A DNA stretch of 64,000 nucleotides, from contig CM022666.1 of assembly GCA_012295275.1 (NCBI GenBank), forward strand, positions 13,578,001 through 13,642,000, read 5' to 3'. The position numbers were made by a program, and so were the translations under genes. The notes beneath the pieces were generated by a model. The model was not told the origin of the DNA and searched no databases. It was given only the letters and a program-made list of their open reading frames with translations. Positions 9,673 through 25,301 of this stretch are shown here, one piece after another. The stretch comes from Chrysomallon squamiferum. Taxonomy: Eukaryota; Animalia; Mollusca. How positions within the stretch are numbered: position 1 is the stretch's first letter; the number at the start of each line of letters is the position of its first letter.

Positions 9673-12600
9673 ATGGCGGGACGGTATGAAAAACAGAGGG
9701 AACTTGGCAGTGGAAATTTCGGAAAAGCATGGCTGGTGCTGGATAAAACGAATAAGAGGAAATGTGTACTCAAAGAAATTAAGGTTTCTGGTATGAACGA
9801 GAAAGAAACCGAACAGGCATTGGCGGAAGTCTCCATTTTGGCAAGATGCAAACATTACAACATTATTCGTTACTGCGACGCGTACATCGACAAAAAGAAC
9901 GCCACGCTAAACATTGCCATGGAATATGCTGATGGAGGTTTGTTTGTATACATCAAAATGTATCTGATGAGAGTCCATTTCTTTAAGAGCAACATTAAGT
10001 TAGTCCAGAGACAGACCTGTTAAATAATAACTATCAGTTGCTCCGTTACAGTAATAAGCCTAGAAAAAATAACGATGCCGTAAATAATAATAAATATAAC
10101 TAACAGTAATAATTAAAAAATTAAAATATTAAATATCGATTTTTATCAAGATTAGAAACAAACGTTTAGAAACCAAAATTAAAGAATAATAAGGATTAAC
10201 TGATTATCTTCGCAGTGTTTTCCGATAGTCCTTAGTTTGTTAAAACCATGAAGCATGATTAAAAAACAGAACAGTGAATCATACTCTAAAGTCCATAATA
10301 TTGTTTAGAATGAAATTCAAAGAAATTTCATGTCCATATACTTTGAATAGTATAATGCATCTTTACTTGTATTGAATCGCTTGAAAGTTAAATCTGCCAG
10401 AATTAAGGTCTCACCCTTTGGTGATAATCTTGTAAATTGTTTTATTGTTTAAATTAAATTGTTGTGTTGTCAGGTGATCTACAGAAGGCGATACAAGAAC
10501 GACAAGGTTTGCACTTTTCAAAAGAGGTAATAATTATACATTTCTCAACTAAACCAAGTTCTTTGATACCATCATTTTGAATCGTTTGTGTATACCTCCT
10601 CTATCAGTATTAACTGCCTAAAACTTTCCAGAAAAGAGAAATTTATAAACAATATTTGAAGAGCCAGCTACAGAAGATGATTGTATTTTAAAATGTTTTT
10701 TTGACTGTCCAGATTATTAATTTTCATTAATTTTGTTTTGTTTTAGGGCTTCTGTGAATTTTTAATCTGATCAATTTGTGTTTTCTTTAGTAGCTTGAGA
10801 CAAGTTAATATCTAGCGTAATTCACTTACTAATTTTTTTCTTTTCAGGTTGTTCTTGATTGGTTTGTTCAGATCTGTGTTGCACTCAAGTTTATTCATTC
10901 ACAACACATTCTGCACAGAGGTATTCTGAGTTTTTCTTCAAAAACCATCTTGTTGCATGATTGTATTTATTTGACACATCATTTTGTTAGTGTATTTAAT
11001 TCAGAATGTCTATTAATAATAAAATGACAAAATTATAACCTCATAGTCAGTATTGTGGCTAAATATATATATATATTTTAAATTTGTTTATTTAAGTTTT
11101 TTGTTGTTGTTTGGTAATATTGTTTAATTCAGATAAATATATAATATTCTTGGTTGCTCATGGGTGTTTTATGTTTCTGCACATAAGACAAAATCACAAA
11201 TATTTAAAACCCCCAGCTAAAAGCACAACAGACAGACAAAAATTTCTTTAAATTTCAGTTCAGGTAATGTTGTGTTTATCTTTATACACACACAGAACAA
11301 CTCCCCCACTCTGACACCATCATAAATGTTTCTGGGTCAATATTTAAAAAAAACGTTTGTGTGTGTGTGTGTGTGTTTAAATGTTTTAGCTAGTAGTTCT
11401 AATTAATTAAGTTTTAAAATTAACATTTCAGACTTGAAGCCACAGAATATATTTCTGACCAGTGGAGGAACTGTGAAACTGGGAGACTTTGGAATTGCAA
11501 AGATTCTTGAGGGGACAATGGACCACGCGATGACCACAATCGGAACTCCCTACTACCTCAGTCCTGAGATCTGCCAGAAACAACCGTAAGCATCAGTTCA
11601 CTAAATTAGCAGTAATGTTGCTTAGATATGTCACAGGATCAGACCTTGACAGCTACCACTGAGCTGCTTCAGCCAATGAATGCCTGTGACTGATATATCG
11701 AAATTCTAGCATGTGCTTGTCTGTTATATAAAACTTACCTATATAAAAAAACAAAAACATAAAAATAAATGTTTGGTTTCGACAAAGTCTTAGTTTTAAA
11801 CAATGTGGATTTTAATATTTAAGACAGCATAACACTTTTAATATTAAAATAATTTATCTGCTTTGGTAACTGGTATTAATTTGTTCACATCCGTAATATA
11901 GTTTTAATTTAAATTGTGATTTAACTCACATATATTTACTTGTTATACCAAATAACCAGTTTAATTTTATGCTGAGACTATAATCGAGCATTCATTCATC
12001 CATTTCAACTGAAAACATAGTAAATCTCTTCCTTCTTCCCCCCACTCTCCTCTCCCTCTTACCCTGCCTTCCAACATTTCACGTTCCTTTTTTTTCATTT
12101 TCATTTTCATACAAGAATTGTTGTATTGCAGCTACAACTACAAGAGTGACATTTGGGCTGCTGGCTGTATTCTCTATGAAATGTGTTGTCTGAGGGTTCC
12201 TTTTGATGCTCCAAACTTTCCAAATCTTGTGTTCAAGATTCTCAGTCAGAAATATCAACCGATTCCTGAGTGAGTGTCAACTTCTTTTTCACATCAGTTT
12301 TGTTTCCAGGTTTTCAAATAACAAATGAGAAAATGTTGATGTTTATACAAATAATCCTCCCTTTCCAGATGTATATAAGTAATTATTATAGATAGATAGA
12401 TAGATAGATAGATACAGACAGACAGACAGACAGATATAGATTTAGATATAGATATAGATAAAATAACAAATAAAGTTCTGTTAATGCATTTGTTTCTGAG
12501 TTAGCAGTAATTAGGCACCATTTTGTTTCCCAATTAGTGTACCATTGTTTTGTCCAAGCTCTGGTACATTCTGTGTATGAAGTGTGTATAAATTACCCTA

Positions 12601-15600
12601 ATTTGTTTTAGTTCTAAATCATCATCTGGTATTTATTTTATTCCTTGGAGAAACTTTTAAGTTTAGAAAACAGAATGTCTGATTTTATTAAGCAGATTCT
12701 TATATGTCTCAGGATTAAATTATTATGTATCACCAAAGTGCCTCTTCAAAAAGGTTAAGCACTGAATTAATAATATACATTAACATCTTTGTTTTAATTC
12801 CAACTGCAGTAAAACATGTTGTAAAACTTTAATTTTGATTTATAATGAAACAACAAAACGTAATAATTTTTTCTCATTTCAGTCAGTTTGGTCCACTTGT
12901 GGAAGATCTTGTTAAAATAATGCTCCAGACCAACCCTGAACTGAGACCTTCAGCTTCTGAAATTTTAAGTATCCCATCTCTGAAAATCTATGTCAAGAAA
13001 TATGTACAGAAATTCAGAGAGGCATCAGAGAAGAGTAAACATTCTGAAATGAAGAAAAAATTACTAAGACAAGATGGAAGTCCAGCAAGGTCACGATCTC
13101 CATCACCCATGGTAACCCATTCACCATCAGCCATCTTAAATGATTCTCCATCACTTGCGGTAATGACTAAAATCACTAAAGGTTTTAAAGGATCGCCCAG
13201 ACCTAAACTACACAGGAAGATCCCTGGTGGATGTTTGTCAGATGCCAGAATGAGTGATAATGTGACATCCAACAGTCCAGGTACTGGAGCTGCATCTCCT
13301 GATTGTGTAACAACACCAGATTTCATAGCATGTGGGCCTCAGGCACCTGTCACTGAAGATCAAGCATCACCTGAATTTAAGACACCTGATTCTCTTAAAT
13401 CCAATCCACAGACGCCTAGAGATCAAATTCTAGAAAGTCCAGTTCCTGCTGATCAAGGTACTGAAGATCAGAGATCCAGAGGGCCACTTTGGGAAAGTCT
13501 GGTGCCTGAAGGTCAAGTTCTAGAAGGTCCAATTCCAGAAGATCAAATACTGGAGTACATATTATCTGAGATACCGGAAAAAGAAAATGTTTTGCCTGTG
13601 CCAAGTGAGGTGGAAAAACCTGTGCATCCAGCAATGGAAATGTTGAGACGAAGGGAAGAGAACTACAAGAAGTTTAGCCAAATTGCTGATAAGGTTGGTA
13701 ACTAGAAATTTTCTTGAAGGATTTAACACTTTAAAATAATAATCTGTTAAGATGCTAACTCCTGAAGTAAGCAATCAAAATTGTGTGATGTATCTAACAA
13801 TAATAACAGGAAAATGGCAAGTCTCCTCTTGACAGACTTAAAATTATGGTAATACTTTGTTATTAGCAAAGGATGTGTTAAGCTGACTGAAATGTTTAAA
13901 AGCAAAATTACATATTAATTATTTGTTACTATGAAAACAGAAATTTCAGTCACTAAACTTTATATATTTTATTAGAGATAATTTCCTTTTTTACATAACT
14001 TCTGAAAAGTATTTTTAATTTTTATATGCCAGATGTTACTGAGAAAGTAGCTGAAACAAGAAAAGCAAAGGAATGATTAGATTACCTGTCAAGTTTGTGG
14101 TTTATCTTCACTTTTTACTCATCTCTTCAGCTTGGTACAAATTCCTACTTGGCCATTTATGTTAATATTCTCTGTGGTTTCCTCATTTATTCATGTTCAT
14201 GTATTCATATCAACAGTATCAAGTTTCATTTACTGCATTATTCATTTTTAGGAAAACCTTCCTCTAGAAACCTTGAGAAAACGAAGCCATATTGATCCAA
14301 AAGCTCGTCGCTACTCCATGGTAACGCCACGCCTTAATGAGCTCGTTAAAAAACAGAAGACAGAAAGAAAATACATGTCTGTCCATCGCCCTGTCCCTAA
14401 GAGACCAGAAAAAGTTAAAGAGGTACGAGCATGTGAGTGCATGTGCGTGTTTGAAAACCAAGTATCTGCCTTCAGCTTTGTTTACCTGATAGTTTTCTGT
14501 TTACAGGATATACAGGCTTTGAGATTGGATGATGAAAGTATTGAAAAATAATTGATGTTACGTTTGGAAAATCATTTAAAAATATTTTTTTGAAGGTTAT
14601 TACAATATTTGATAAGACAACAGACAAACACAGCTAGGTATATGAAAACGCTGGATTTTTAACAATGGAAAATAAATTTACAAAAGAAAACTGCAAACAT
14701 ATTTTCATCTTTCGTAAATGTTTGTGTGTAAAATTCACTGAACTTAAAGTAAAAAAAATTCTTTCTCTCTTTTTAATTCATTTTTTTGCTGATGAGGCTG
14801 AGGATCAATCATTTTTTTTAGCTTATTATTCAGTTATTTTCCATTCTTGACAGTGCTCATAATTATTTATCATCACAGAATGCATATCTGCCTGCATTTT
14901 TGGTACCTCCTGCCTCTGGGAAGATAACTGCACCTAATTCCCTCAGTAATCCATAGAAGCAGACCATGTCACAAAGACCAATTTTCTGATTTACATCATC
15001 ATTTAAAACATAAATGCACAAATGCCCCCAGCTATATATATATATACAAATGGCTATTCAATACCTAATAATCATTGATTCTAAACTGTGTTAACATCTG
15101 TCATTGTGTATTTTATTTGTTCGCAATTCTTCCAGGGGCCTGCACCAACGTTCAGTTTGTTCCGGGAAGTGCTACGGTCTAAGTCGTTCAGCGGGGAACT
15201 GCCCAAGATCATTGGAACTGGAGGACGATGTTACTCCGTCTGCGGGGTTCTCCCAATCCGACACAGTGACCCTGCTCCAGCTGGCTCGCTGAATGCCTCG
15301 CTCTCTGACAGCGACTCCACTGATAACTCGGCATGTTCACTGGGTGATGACGATATTTTCGGCTGCACTGCGTGTTCGGTGGAGGCTGACTTGAGAGAAC
15401 TGCAGATAGACACGAGGACGTATTCTGTTCACAGGGGAAGGAGGATGAGTCTCCTTCACTCCAGTCCCCAGTCTCCTAATCCTCGTAAGTTGTTCGTTTG
15501 GTGTAAACCCTGGTAAAACTGTGGACATTATAGTAAACTATAGACACGTATACATTCTGATAAAACAAAAACAAAATTACTTTTAAGTTATTTATTATTA

Positions 15601-15998
15601 TTATTTTGTTTCACTTTATTTTTATTATTTATTTATATATTTGTATACTTATATATTTAATTATTTTATTTTTGTCAAACCAGAATATTTTGAAATTTGT
15701 ATTACTAAAAAAATAAAATAATCTTTTATTTTCAGAGAGGAATTCCACAAAACAACTTCAAGTGCTCTATCAAAGTCTGGTGGAAAATACTGGCAGAAAA
15801 AAGTTTGATGGATCGCTTCTTCGCTCGTACCTTGAAGATGAACTGGGATGTGAAAAGTTCCGGGCGCTGTACAACTTGGTTCTGTCTTCAGCTAAGACTA
15901 ACGCAGATTTTGACAGTCTGAAAACCACAGCTAAAGAAAGGATTGCTTATCTTCCTGCAGTTGTGTTGCTTTTGCAGCTTGAAAACTTCACAAAATGA
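9673..15998 (+). CDS. NEK1: NIMA-related serine/threonine kinase, NEK1-like
   Basis: Exons 9673-9937 ([40 protein letters not shown]), 10474-10526, 10848-10920 ([22 protein letters not shown]), 11432-11585 ([33 protein letters not shown]), 12132-12269 ([17 protein letters not shown]), 12883-13693, 14252-14422, 15136-15484 and 15736-15998 ([14 protein letters not shown], like the NEK1 C-terminus). Phases are consistent. Which NEK subfamily it is orthologous to (NEK1/3/4/5) is uncertain. Confidence 0.9.
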
Positions 15999-17435
15999 AA
16001 CTTGTTGAAATTTTTGTTTTGTTCTTGAAAAGTTCTGTTTGCCCATCTGGAACTAACCAAACAATGATGATGAGTGGGTTTTTGACATTAGTGCTGTCTG
16101 TAAATAACAAAAATAATAATAAATTCTGTTACTGAAATGTGCATAACATTTCTATTTAAAGTATTGTTTCTCTGGCGGTAAACTATTCAGTTAAAAATAC
16201 ATATTTTTCAACCATTAAGACATGCTAAGTGAAAAATGCTGATGATCTCTAATGTTCAACGGTGTCAGCAATGTAAAGAATTAAATAAAAGTTATTTATA
16301 TGTAATTTGTGTATAATTAAAAAGCACAAGAAGAATGTAAAAAGTTCAGCACTAGTTGTTTGTATTTGCATGCTACACCTTAATTATTTGTCTGCTGTTT
16401 TGGATTAGAAATGGAATTTGTACATAATAAACTTATTTTGCAGTTGACTTGTTTTCTTTTTTAATTTTATGTAACATCAATTTAATCCAAAATGTTAAAG
16501 AAGAAAAAAAATATATAAAAGTTATATAATGTCAAAAAAATAAAAATGTGTGGTATGTGTGTATATGTATACCTTTCATATGCATATACATCTTCATGCA
16601 TCTTCAGTTTCTGAATGTATAAATAAGACAAACAATTGTGTGATTTAATAACTACATTAACCTAGTGGGCAGTTTTTAACTTAGTAAATTAACTTTATCC
16701 AAATTATGATGCTTCAATTGAGTATTAAAACAAACTTATTTAAATCTTGTATATTACAACATCACATATATATAAAATTTGTATGTACGTTTTCTAAAGC
16801 TTAACTGGCTGGAGAATCGGATTAAAAAATAATTCATGTCCTGTGTTTAAAAACAGTTTGTTACACACTATGAAGAAGATTTCAAAATAATTATACCTTG
16901 GCAGAAATTATATAAAAAAATCGACTTTAAAGCAAATCTTACAGAGTGGGACAGAATGGTTAGGGTCACACATTATTTTGAAGATCTGTTGAAAATAATC
17001 AAGTTTGAATATGTGAACCAGTTCCATTCACATTTAACTTGCTGTATATTTATATTAATTACTTTTAATTTCTGTTATTAATATACACATATCTTTGTTC
17101 TAGTCACACAAAATTAAGTTTTTAGCTCAAGAAGATTCAGTTCTATTTGTACATTCATTATGGGTGTTCTTTTATTAATTTTTATTTTTAATTTTTTTAT
17201 TATTCACATTTCAAGGGCCACAATGTATATTTTCAATTGTTATGAAAATTATTATTATTATTGTCTTAAATCACTAAAACAAACACACACACACAAACAT
17301 AAATACATTGATGCATTTTGTTCTGGGTTTTTTTAGTATCTTATGAAATAAAACTTCCATTTTAAATATGAAGACATTTTAATGTTGAAATTATTGCAAT
17401 GGTAATTATAAAGGAAAAAAAAGAAGAATTGTTTA

Positions 17436-17546
<111 letters not shown>

Positions 17547-17764
17547 GTATTGTTACTAATAACAATAGCTGTAGTAATATAAACACTTGTATTCAGAAAT
17601 ATACCACAGAACGGTATGATAAATAAAGAATTCTAATGTAACCGTAACTAAAACATTTATTTTTTTACGTTCGGTATGTAATATAAAATGATTATGGAGT
17701 AATGTCCCCTATAAGTATTCGTAACATTTCGGACATTTTCGTTCACTGCCGGAATTGATAGAAA

Positions 17765-20700
17765 ATGGCGTCGAACAAGAGAAAGCAAGATGAGAAACAT
17801 CTCAAAATGTTACGAGAAATGGTGGCGTTACCGCACAACAAACAGTGTTTTGATTGCCATCAAAGAGGGCCAACATACGTTGACATGACGATAGGATCTT
17901 TCGTCTGCACATCTTGTAGCGGAATTTTGTAAGTATATATTAGAACTGTCATCACGCGCAACCTGTTTCGTCTGTCTCTTGACATGTCACAGAGATTCCC
18001 GAACGGCGACATTCAGCTCAAGTAACTAGTTATGTAACAATTTTTTTTAATAGCCTCAATAACTGATTTAAATAATTTCATTGTTATCTTACACTTATAG
18101 TCTTCTCATTGTGCTTTTATTTCCTGTAATAATATTTTGTTTTGATGTTTATTTGGAAATCCGAAATGCATAAATCGGTATGTCTTAAAGTAAAACTTAA
18201 AATTAAAGAACGGTTTAAATAAAAATAAATAAATAATATATTTAAAAAATACACACTAAAGCAAATGTAAGATGTTTAATAAATAATAAATATGATTCTT
18301 GATGATGTGATAAAACTTGGTTTGTCATGTTTTATTTTTAAAAACATCTGACAAATCCTTTCCTAAAGATGCATCACACAGGTAGTGTCACATAGTGAGT
18401 CACACTCACACACCTTTTACAGGTGTTGAATAATTTACAACATCATCCTTAGGGGAATAAACTTATGCAATATTAAAGTACATGTTAATTTAAAAATAGC
18501 AGTTAACTAATCTTGCCACTTAGTGATGAAATAAATGTTGTAATTGAGTTCTTTTGGTATCTAATTCATAACGATAATTGTAAATGTAATTTTTAAGTAA
18601 GCATTATGATATATAGTGATTAGTTCCCAGTGAATAATGATTAATTGTGTTATAAAAAGATCACTGTATTGTATACCTGTTTAAAGTTGTTTGGAATAGA
18701 AGCACTTGCTCAAGTTTCTGTATTTTGTTTTCATTTTAAAGGATGCCATTTTTCTCTGAGCTTTAAAGTTTAATGTTTCTAAATTGTATCTCTTATAGTG
18801 AAGAGTTATAGGTTTATATTTTTGAAAACAATAATCATTATTTATAACAATTGAACAGTTGTATTTATCACAACTGTAAATACTTTTCTTCATCTGGTAT
18901 AAATATGATTTGTTTTCAAATACAAAATAATAATATGCTTATTGTCATTTCTTTCCTGCTCCCTACATAAATCCACTATGCTATCAGTATACATCTAACC
19001 CACTCAGTTTTGTTTAACTAGTACTAATAATAAAACTCGCAGTAGCAAAGAGAATGTTATCTGATTTACTGTAAATATTGACTTCATATCATTTGTATTG
19101 AGTTGTTTCCCTTAAGGTGTCAAAAATTCACTTCTTAAAGTTATAGTTTTGTTTATTTACCTTTATTAGTAATTATTAGAATATAATGTTTTTTACAACA
19201 CTGAGTAATCTTAAATTCAAAATAATTGTCATAGAGATAATTAATTGTATATTGCAACAAGATTTGATAGTTAAAACTGGAATGTATTATTATAAGAGCT
19301 TTATTATTTTTTTGATTAAACACATCAACAACAAAAAGAAAACAAAAAATAATAATAATAAAAAATAAATTAAAAAATAATAAAATAAAAGTCATATTAG
19401 TAATTATTGGTTTATTTATTTTTTAACAAATATAAATTTATATTAAGAATATACTAAAAGGCAGAAAATGTGTAAAATGGTAGCAGAAATTGATACTAAA
19501 TTATATAATCTTGTAACGTTATTATGTTCACTTTTCATGTACATGTCTTTACCAGCTTAGTAGAATACTGGAAAACGCAACATGTGGGATTTTTAAATGA
19601 AGGGGTTCATATGGTGGAAATACTTTTCAAGATACGTTTTCATGCAACAGTATCCCATGTCTGCCCACAATACATACTTAATTCAGACTTCTTAATGGAC
19701 ACAAGTTTCGACAAGTTTTGTAAAGTTACTAACACTGAATCTGGTTTAAAATGATCTAATCTTATTGTGCATTGCTTAAAAAGTAACGCAACATCACATC
19801 ATACAAACAGTTACATAATTTTCAGCATTTAATACATTTTGTAGCTTATTGAATAACTTCTGCTGATTAAGAATTGCGAGTAATTTGAGGAATACTTTTA
19901 TGCATATCCTACGTATTTTTAGATGATTATTGCTGTTGGTGAATAATTGTTTTATTTATCTTTGAATGACACTGAATAGCCTATTTCATATTTGTGCTGG
20001 AGTATCTAAGTAAAGAAATAAATGTTATCGTTATTATTTATTTTATTTTATTTTATTTATTTTTATTATTTTATTGTAATGTTCAGATTTGTAAGTGATA
20101 ACTATATTGCAGTGTTCAGTTGATTTCATCTGATGAAACGAAATCAAATTAAAATGACTAAATCTTTCCAGTATCATTATAATCATGTAACTAATATCAA
20201 CATTTATTTAATTTAAAGCTGTCAGCAAGTGGTATATAATACCTTTCTGTGACAACAAAATATTTAAAATTAATAGTTTGTATGTATGTATGTATGTGTG
20301 TGTGTGTGTGTGCATTGTGTGTATGTATGTGTGTGTGTATATGTATGTATGTGTGTGTATATATGTATGCATAATACATGTGTGTATGTATTGGTGTGTG
20401 TATGTGTGTATGTATATGTCTGTTTTTGTATGTATGTGTATATATATATATATATGTATGTATGTGTGTGTATGTATACATGGATGTATGGATGTATGTA
20501 TGTATGTATGTATGTATGTATGTATGTGTATGATTTGAAATGAAACAGTCATTCAGTTATTACTTGTTAAATTATTTCTAGGTATGATAAAGAACAAATT
20601 AAATCAGTATTTTCCTATAATTTAAATAAGTTTTAAAATGTTATTAGCCATATTTAATTTTAGCAATGAAATGTAGCAAACAGACTTTACAGCTGAGAAT

Positions 20701-22202
20701 TTTAAAATGTTTCAGCACATCTACAAATATTATTAAAATAAACTTTTTAAATTTCAAGTCAAATTTAGTTAAAACTGTTGTCTTTTATTTGTGCTCATCT
20801 TAACTTTATGATTTATAATTTAGCACAAATGTATGCAGTGTGTATCTGTTCATATGATTAATGTTAATTATGAGTTTTATCCAACCAGATATTTATTAAA
20901 TGTATACTGATCTTTACAAATTTGACAGAATTTATAGTGAAATATAGAAATTTCAGTATTATGTATGAAATGTTTATGATACCAGCCTGTTTTGTTAGGA
21001 TTAATCAGTTAGTTTTTTATTCATTTTGTTTTATTTTTTTAGTTTAATTATTTGCATTAAACATTAAAAAAAAAAATTATAATGCATAATAACTTCAATT
21101 TTTTTAAAATTATTATTATTTTTTTTAATGTTAAATAAATTCATTATTTTTTAAAAACATTATTTATAAATTTACAAGTATGTTTATTATATATTGATAG
21201 CTGCATTATTAATACTATTATTATTAAAAAATTTTCATTGAGATAAGATTTAATTATTTGATTTGATTTAACTGTGGTTTTATACAGGATCTAACTGTGA
21301 TGCTTCTATTTGTCTGTCTCATGTTGCAGGCAGTCCTTCAGAGTCTAACATCCAAAGCCAGTGCTTGTTTTGTTACTAGGAAGGTACATCAAAAAGTTGC
21401 CTTACTGTTAATTGTTAAACATAGCCTATGGTTGGAACAAGTTTCTTTTCTTATGTGATCAGTATACATTGGTGTGTTTATGCATCATTTAAGCAAGTGA
21501 TTAAGAAAACAAATGATGTAACTGAGGGCAATTAAGTTAATTCTTTCGCTGATAGACCTATCTTTTACCTCTATTATCTTTACAGGTTTATTTAAAGGAA
21601 TAGGAGTTGCTTGTCTTGAAGATAATCAATCAGGAGGTTGATAAACCCTAAAACGTTTTGGACCTCTTATCTAAATTTTCATTCTTTGTGTGCACAGATC
21701 TGATCATAATGAACAAGTCTTTAGAACCAGCCTGTCTATGTTTATATAGACTGTGCATGACATGAGTGCAGTTTGACAGACATTTGACAAGTTTAATCTA
21801 ATTCTAAACACACCTGGTACAGTGCAGGATAGGTATTCAATACCTATTATCTGTGACGGGTCACATTTCCACTTGGCTTTGTCCGATGTGAGATGCAGCT
21901 TACATCTATGCCAGGAATGTGATATAGGTTAAAATAGAAACAACTGGCCCTAGTTTCACTGTCACATACAACAACACACCAATTGTTCTCTTTAAATCTA
22001 TTTATATTTCTTTCTTTTTTTAAATTTTGTTTTAAAGTTATAAATATTTCATTAAAATAACGATTATCTAGATTGTTACAAATAACTGTTACAGTCTGGT
22101 GTTAGGACCTCTCTGACACTAAAGCTTTAGATATTTATCATGATATTATCCTGTGTTATATATATGCTAAACTTATGAATTGGGTTTTTAAAAAAGTATA
22201 TA

Positions 22203-22242
<40 letters not shown>

Positions 22243-22934
22243 CTGGGTCTATATATATATTTCAGTTGGGTTTTGGGATTTTTTTGTTCAGTAATTGTTA
22301 TTCTATAGCTGTAAGTTATAACTGAGGTTTACTGTGAATCATTTTATTTACTTATCAAACAACTGAACTGTTTGTTGACTTGGTTGCTGACTGTTGAAAA
22401 AGATTAAAAACAAAGTCTACAGATTGTCTCATTACTGTCTGTTTAAACTTAATTTATACTCTAACACACACACACGCACACACGCACACACACACACACA
22501 CACACAAACACACAGAGACAGACACAGACATATACCCACCTATACATAACAACACAAGCAAGCAAAAATTATTCATAATATTGGTATTTGCATCCATGCA
22601 TAGACATACATCTATGTATATACACATACATACATATGCACATTACACACACACTAACACCTTCACACACACAGATAAACTAACAATGGAAACTGTACAC
22701 AGACACAGACACACATACACATACAAATTCTTAAATAAACACATCCAGATGAAACTGGAAAGAAGCATAAGTTGCATTGTTTGTTTAGCTTGCTGAGTAC
22801 AAATGAATGTGTAACATGTTTACACAACTAAAATGAATGGGCTTACATGTGAAAACTACTTTACATCACTCGGGCCATTAACTCAGTGGCAACATGCTAC
22901 AGTACTTTACATAACTGTTCTCATTTCTGAGAGT

Positions 22935-22990
<56 letters not shown>

Positions 22991-23034
22991 ATTCCTCACA
23001 TATAAATAAACAAAAAACCTTAAAAGTACCTAAT

Positions 23035-23073
<39 letters not shown>

Positions 23074-23112
23074 GCACACATACACATATATATCTGTATG
23101 TATGTATGAATG

Positions 23113-23143
<31 letters not shown>

Positions 23144-23744
23144 ATATAATCTTTCTGTCTCTTTCTTGCATAGATTTTGAAAATTATCTTGTAATTAATT
23201 AATTAAGTTTAAGTTTTTATTATATGTTATTAACTGTGTCATGTTCTTGAATTTCCAGTTTATTATTATTATATATATATATATATATGTATGTGTGTAT
23301 CAATTAACATTTATTTCAAAATATATATCTCTCTAATTATATACAATGTGTTTAAATGTTTATTAAATTCTGATTTATTTCACTACTGATTTTTCAGTTT
23401 TTCAGTCATTTCTGGATCTTCTTTCATCTAAGCATATTTTGTCAGGCCATAGATAGATTTGATTTGTATATTTACTTCAATAATTAGTGAACTCAGGATA
23501 AAACAGTATTGAAATATGTATTAACTTAATGATTTTAATGTTTATTTCAGACGGGGGTTGAATCCACCTCATCGGGTTAAGTCTATATCGATGGCTAGCT
23601 TTTCTCCTGAAGAAATGGAATTTCTGAAATCACATGGAAATGAGGTCAGTTTTAGCAACCGTACTATTTTCTTGCTTATTTTTAATTTATTTTTAAAAAA
23701 ATTTGTTTGGTTTATTTTTATTATTGTTATTGTTATTAATATTA

Positions 23745-23775
<31 letters not shown>

Positions 23776-25270
23776 AACTTCCCAACCCCAAACTTGCAGC
23801 AGGTTTATTTTGACTTGTATCTCCTCTTTTAAATACATGTGTCATGCTTTATCTTTCAGTTTAATATGCTTCGTTTATAAACTTGTAACAGAAACTTGGA
23901 TCAAAAACATTGGATTCCCAAGCCACCTCAGTTTCTGTGAACTGTGTTTATAATAAATTTCTTCACATTATCAGTTAAACGATACAGACTTGATAACTTT
24001 CACAAAATATCTAAAATTACCTTTCAGATAAAAGTTGTTGGACTCACAGCTGCTTGCAGTATAAATATATGTATATATATATATATATATTTATTATTTA
24101 TTATTTTCTTCTCATTATTCTTTTATTTAATTGTTAATTAATTTGTATTATTATTATCAATTTCTTTGGGAATATCAAATTCCTGTGGTATATGAGTTAT
24201 TTATTTTGTTTTCAAATATTGGTACATAACGATAAGAATTGGTTTGACTATACCTGAAATACACTTTAAATTTTTATTTATTTTTTATTACTATTTGAAT
24301 AGTGCCCTGGAATTAAAATAACATCCAGGGTTTAAATATATATTAAATTTCATTTTTTAAATTCCAATAAAATTTCTCTACAGCATTTTTATTGTTAACA
24401 TATTTGAAACAATTATCAATATAAAATTTAAAAAAAAGAGTTATTAACTAAAAATTCTCTTGTTTTCGGTAGAGGAAATTTCAAGGTTGACATTTTCAAG
24501 CCCAACTGTTGTTTACATTTCTTACAAATACATTTACTATCAGTGTAACAGATATTTAGACAACAGTTTGTTTCAACCTGCACACATTAGTTTTAATACA
24601 TACACAGTGTAACATGACACAGCTGATACAAGATAAAATTGCTCTCGACATGAATTGGTACCATCAAACTCCGCACTCCACATGATCAAAGGTTGCTAAT
24701 GAAACAATAGACTTGCTTGTGTGTGAATAAAGAATAATTAATATTTAGTAATTTTGAGACTGTTTTTAAACTGCCCGTAAACCTACACTTGCATCTTGTT
24801 AAATTATTTGGCAAATCTCAAAAATATTACGAACATTTTGAAATTAACATTTTTTTTTTTTGATTTTTTTCCTTGTGTTTACTGATTGATTGATTTATTA
24901 ACTGATTAACTGTCTTAGCTGTGTAAGTCTATCTAAATGTAGCAGCTGATAAAGTCACATGTTCACATAGTACGCACAAGTTTTTTTGTTCTGTATCAAT
25001 CGCAGCTTTCGCTATCAAACTGGTGGAAGGCAGAGATTTGTAAGTAGTCACTTAGATAGTAGTTTTACTTACTAGTACCACACAGTGTTCAATATAAATA
25101 CCAGGTACTGATGTAACACTTCTCAGTGTATTTTGCTTCATGTTTTAATTCGTTCATTCTGTTTGATTGTCTTTGTTTTAAATATGTCGTCTGTAATACC
25201 AGCTATACCTGGTCCACCAAAGAAGGTTTATAAGCATTTAACTTTTTTTATATTTTTTTAAAATTTTATT

Positions 25271-25301
<31 letters not shown>

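Noticed and set aside
14033-14092. Possible extra NEK exon after a CAG at 14030-14032
   Set aside because: All three frames hit a stop, and 13693 splices in phase directly to 14252. It could only be an alternative terminal exon.
21290-21970. Higher-complexity stretch in AGFG1 intron 1 with AG/GT-like sites
   Set aside because: There is no recognisable protein or RNA motif. It may be regulatory or an old repeat, but I cannot support a call.
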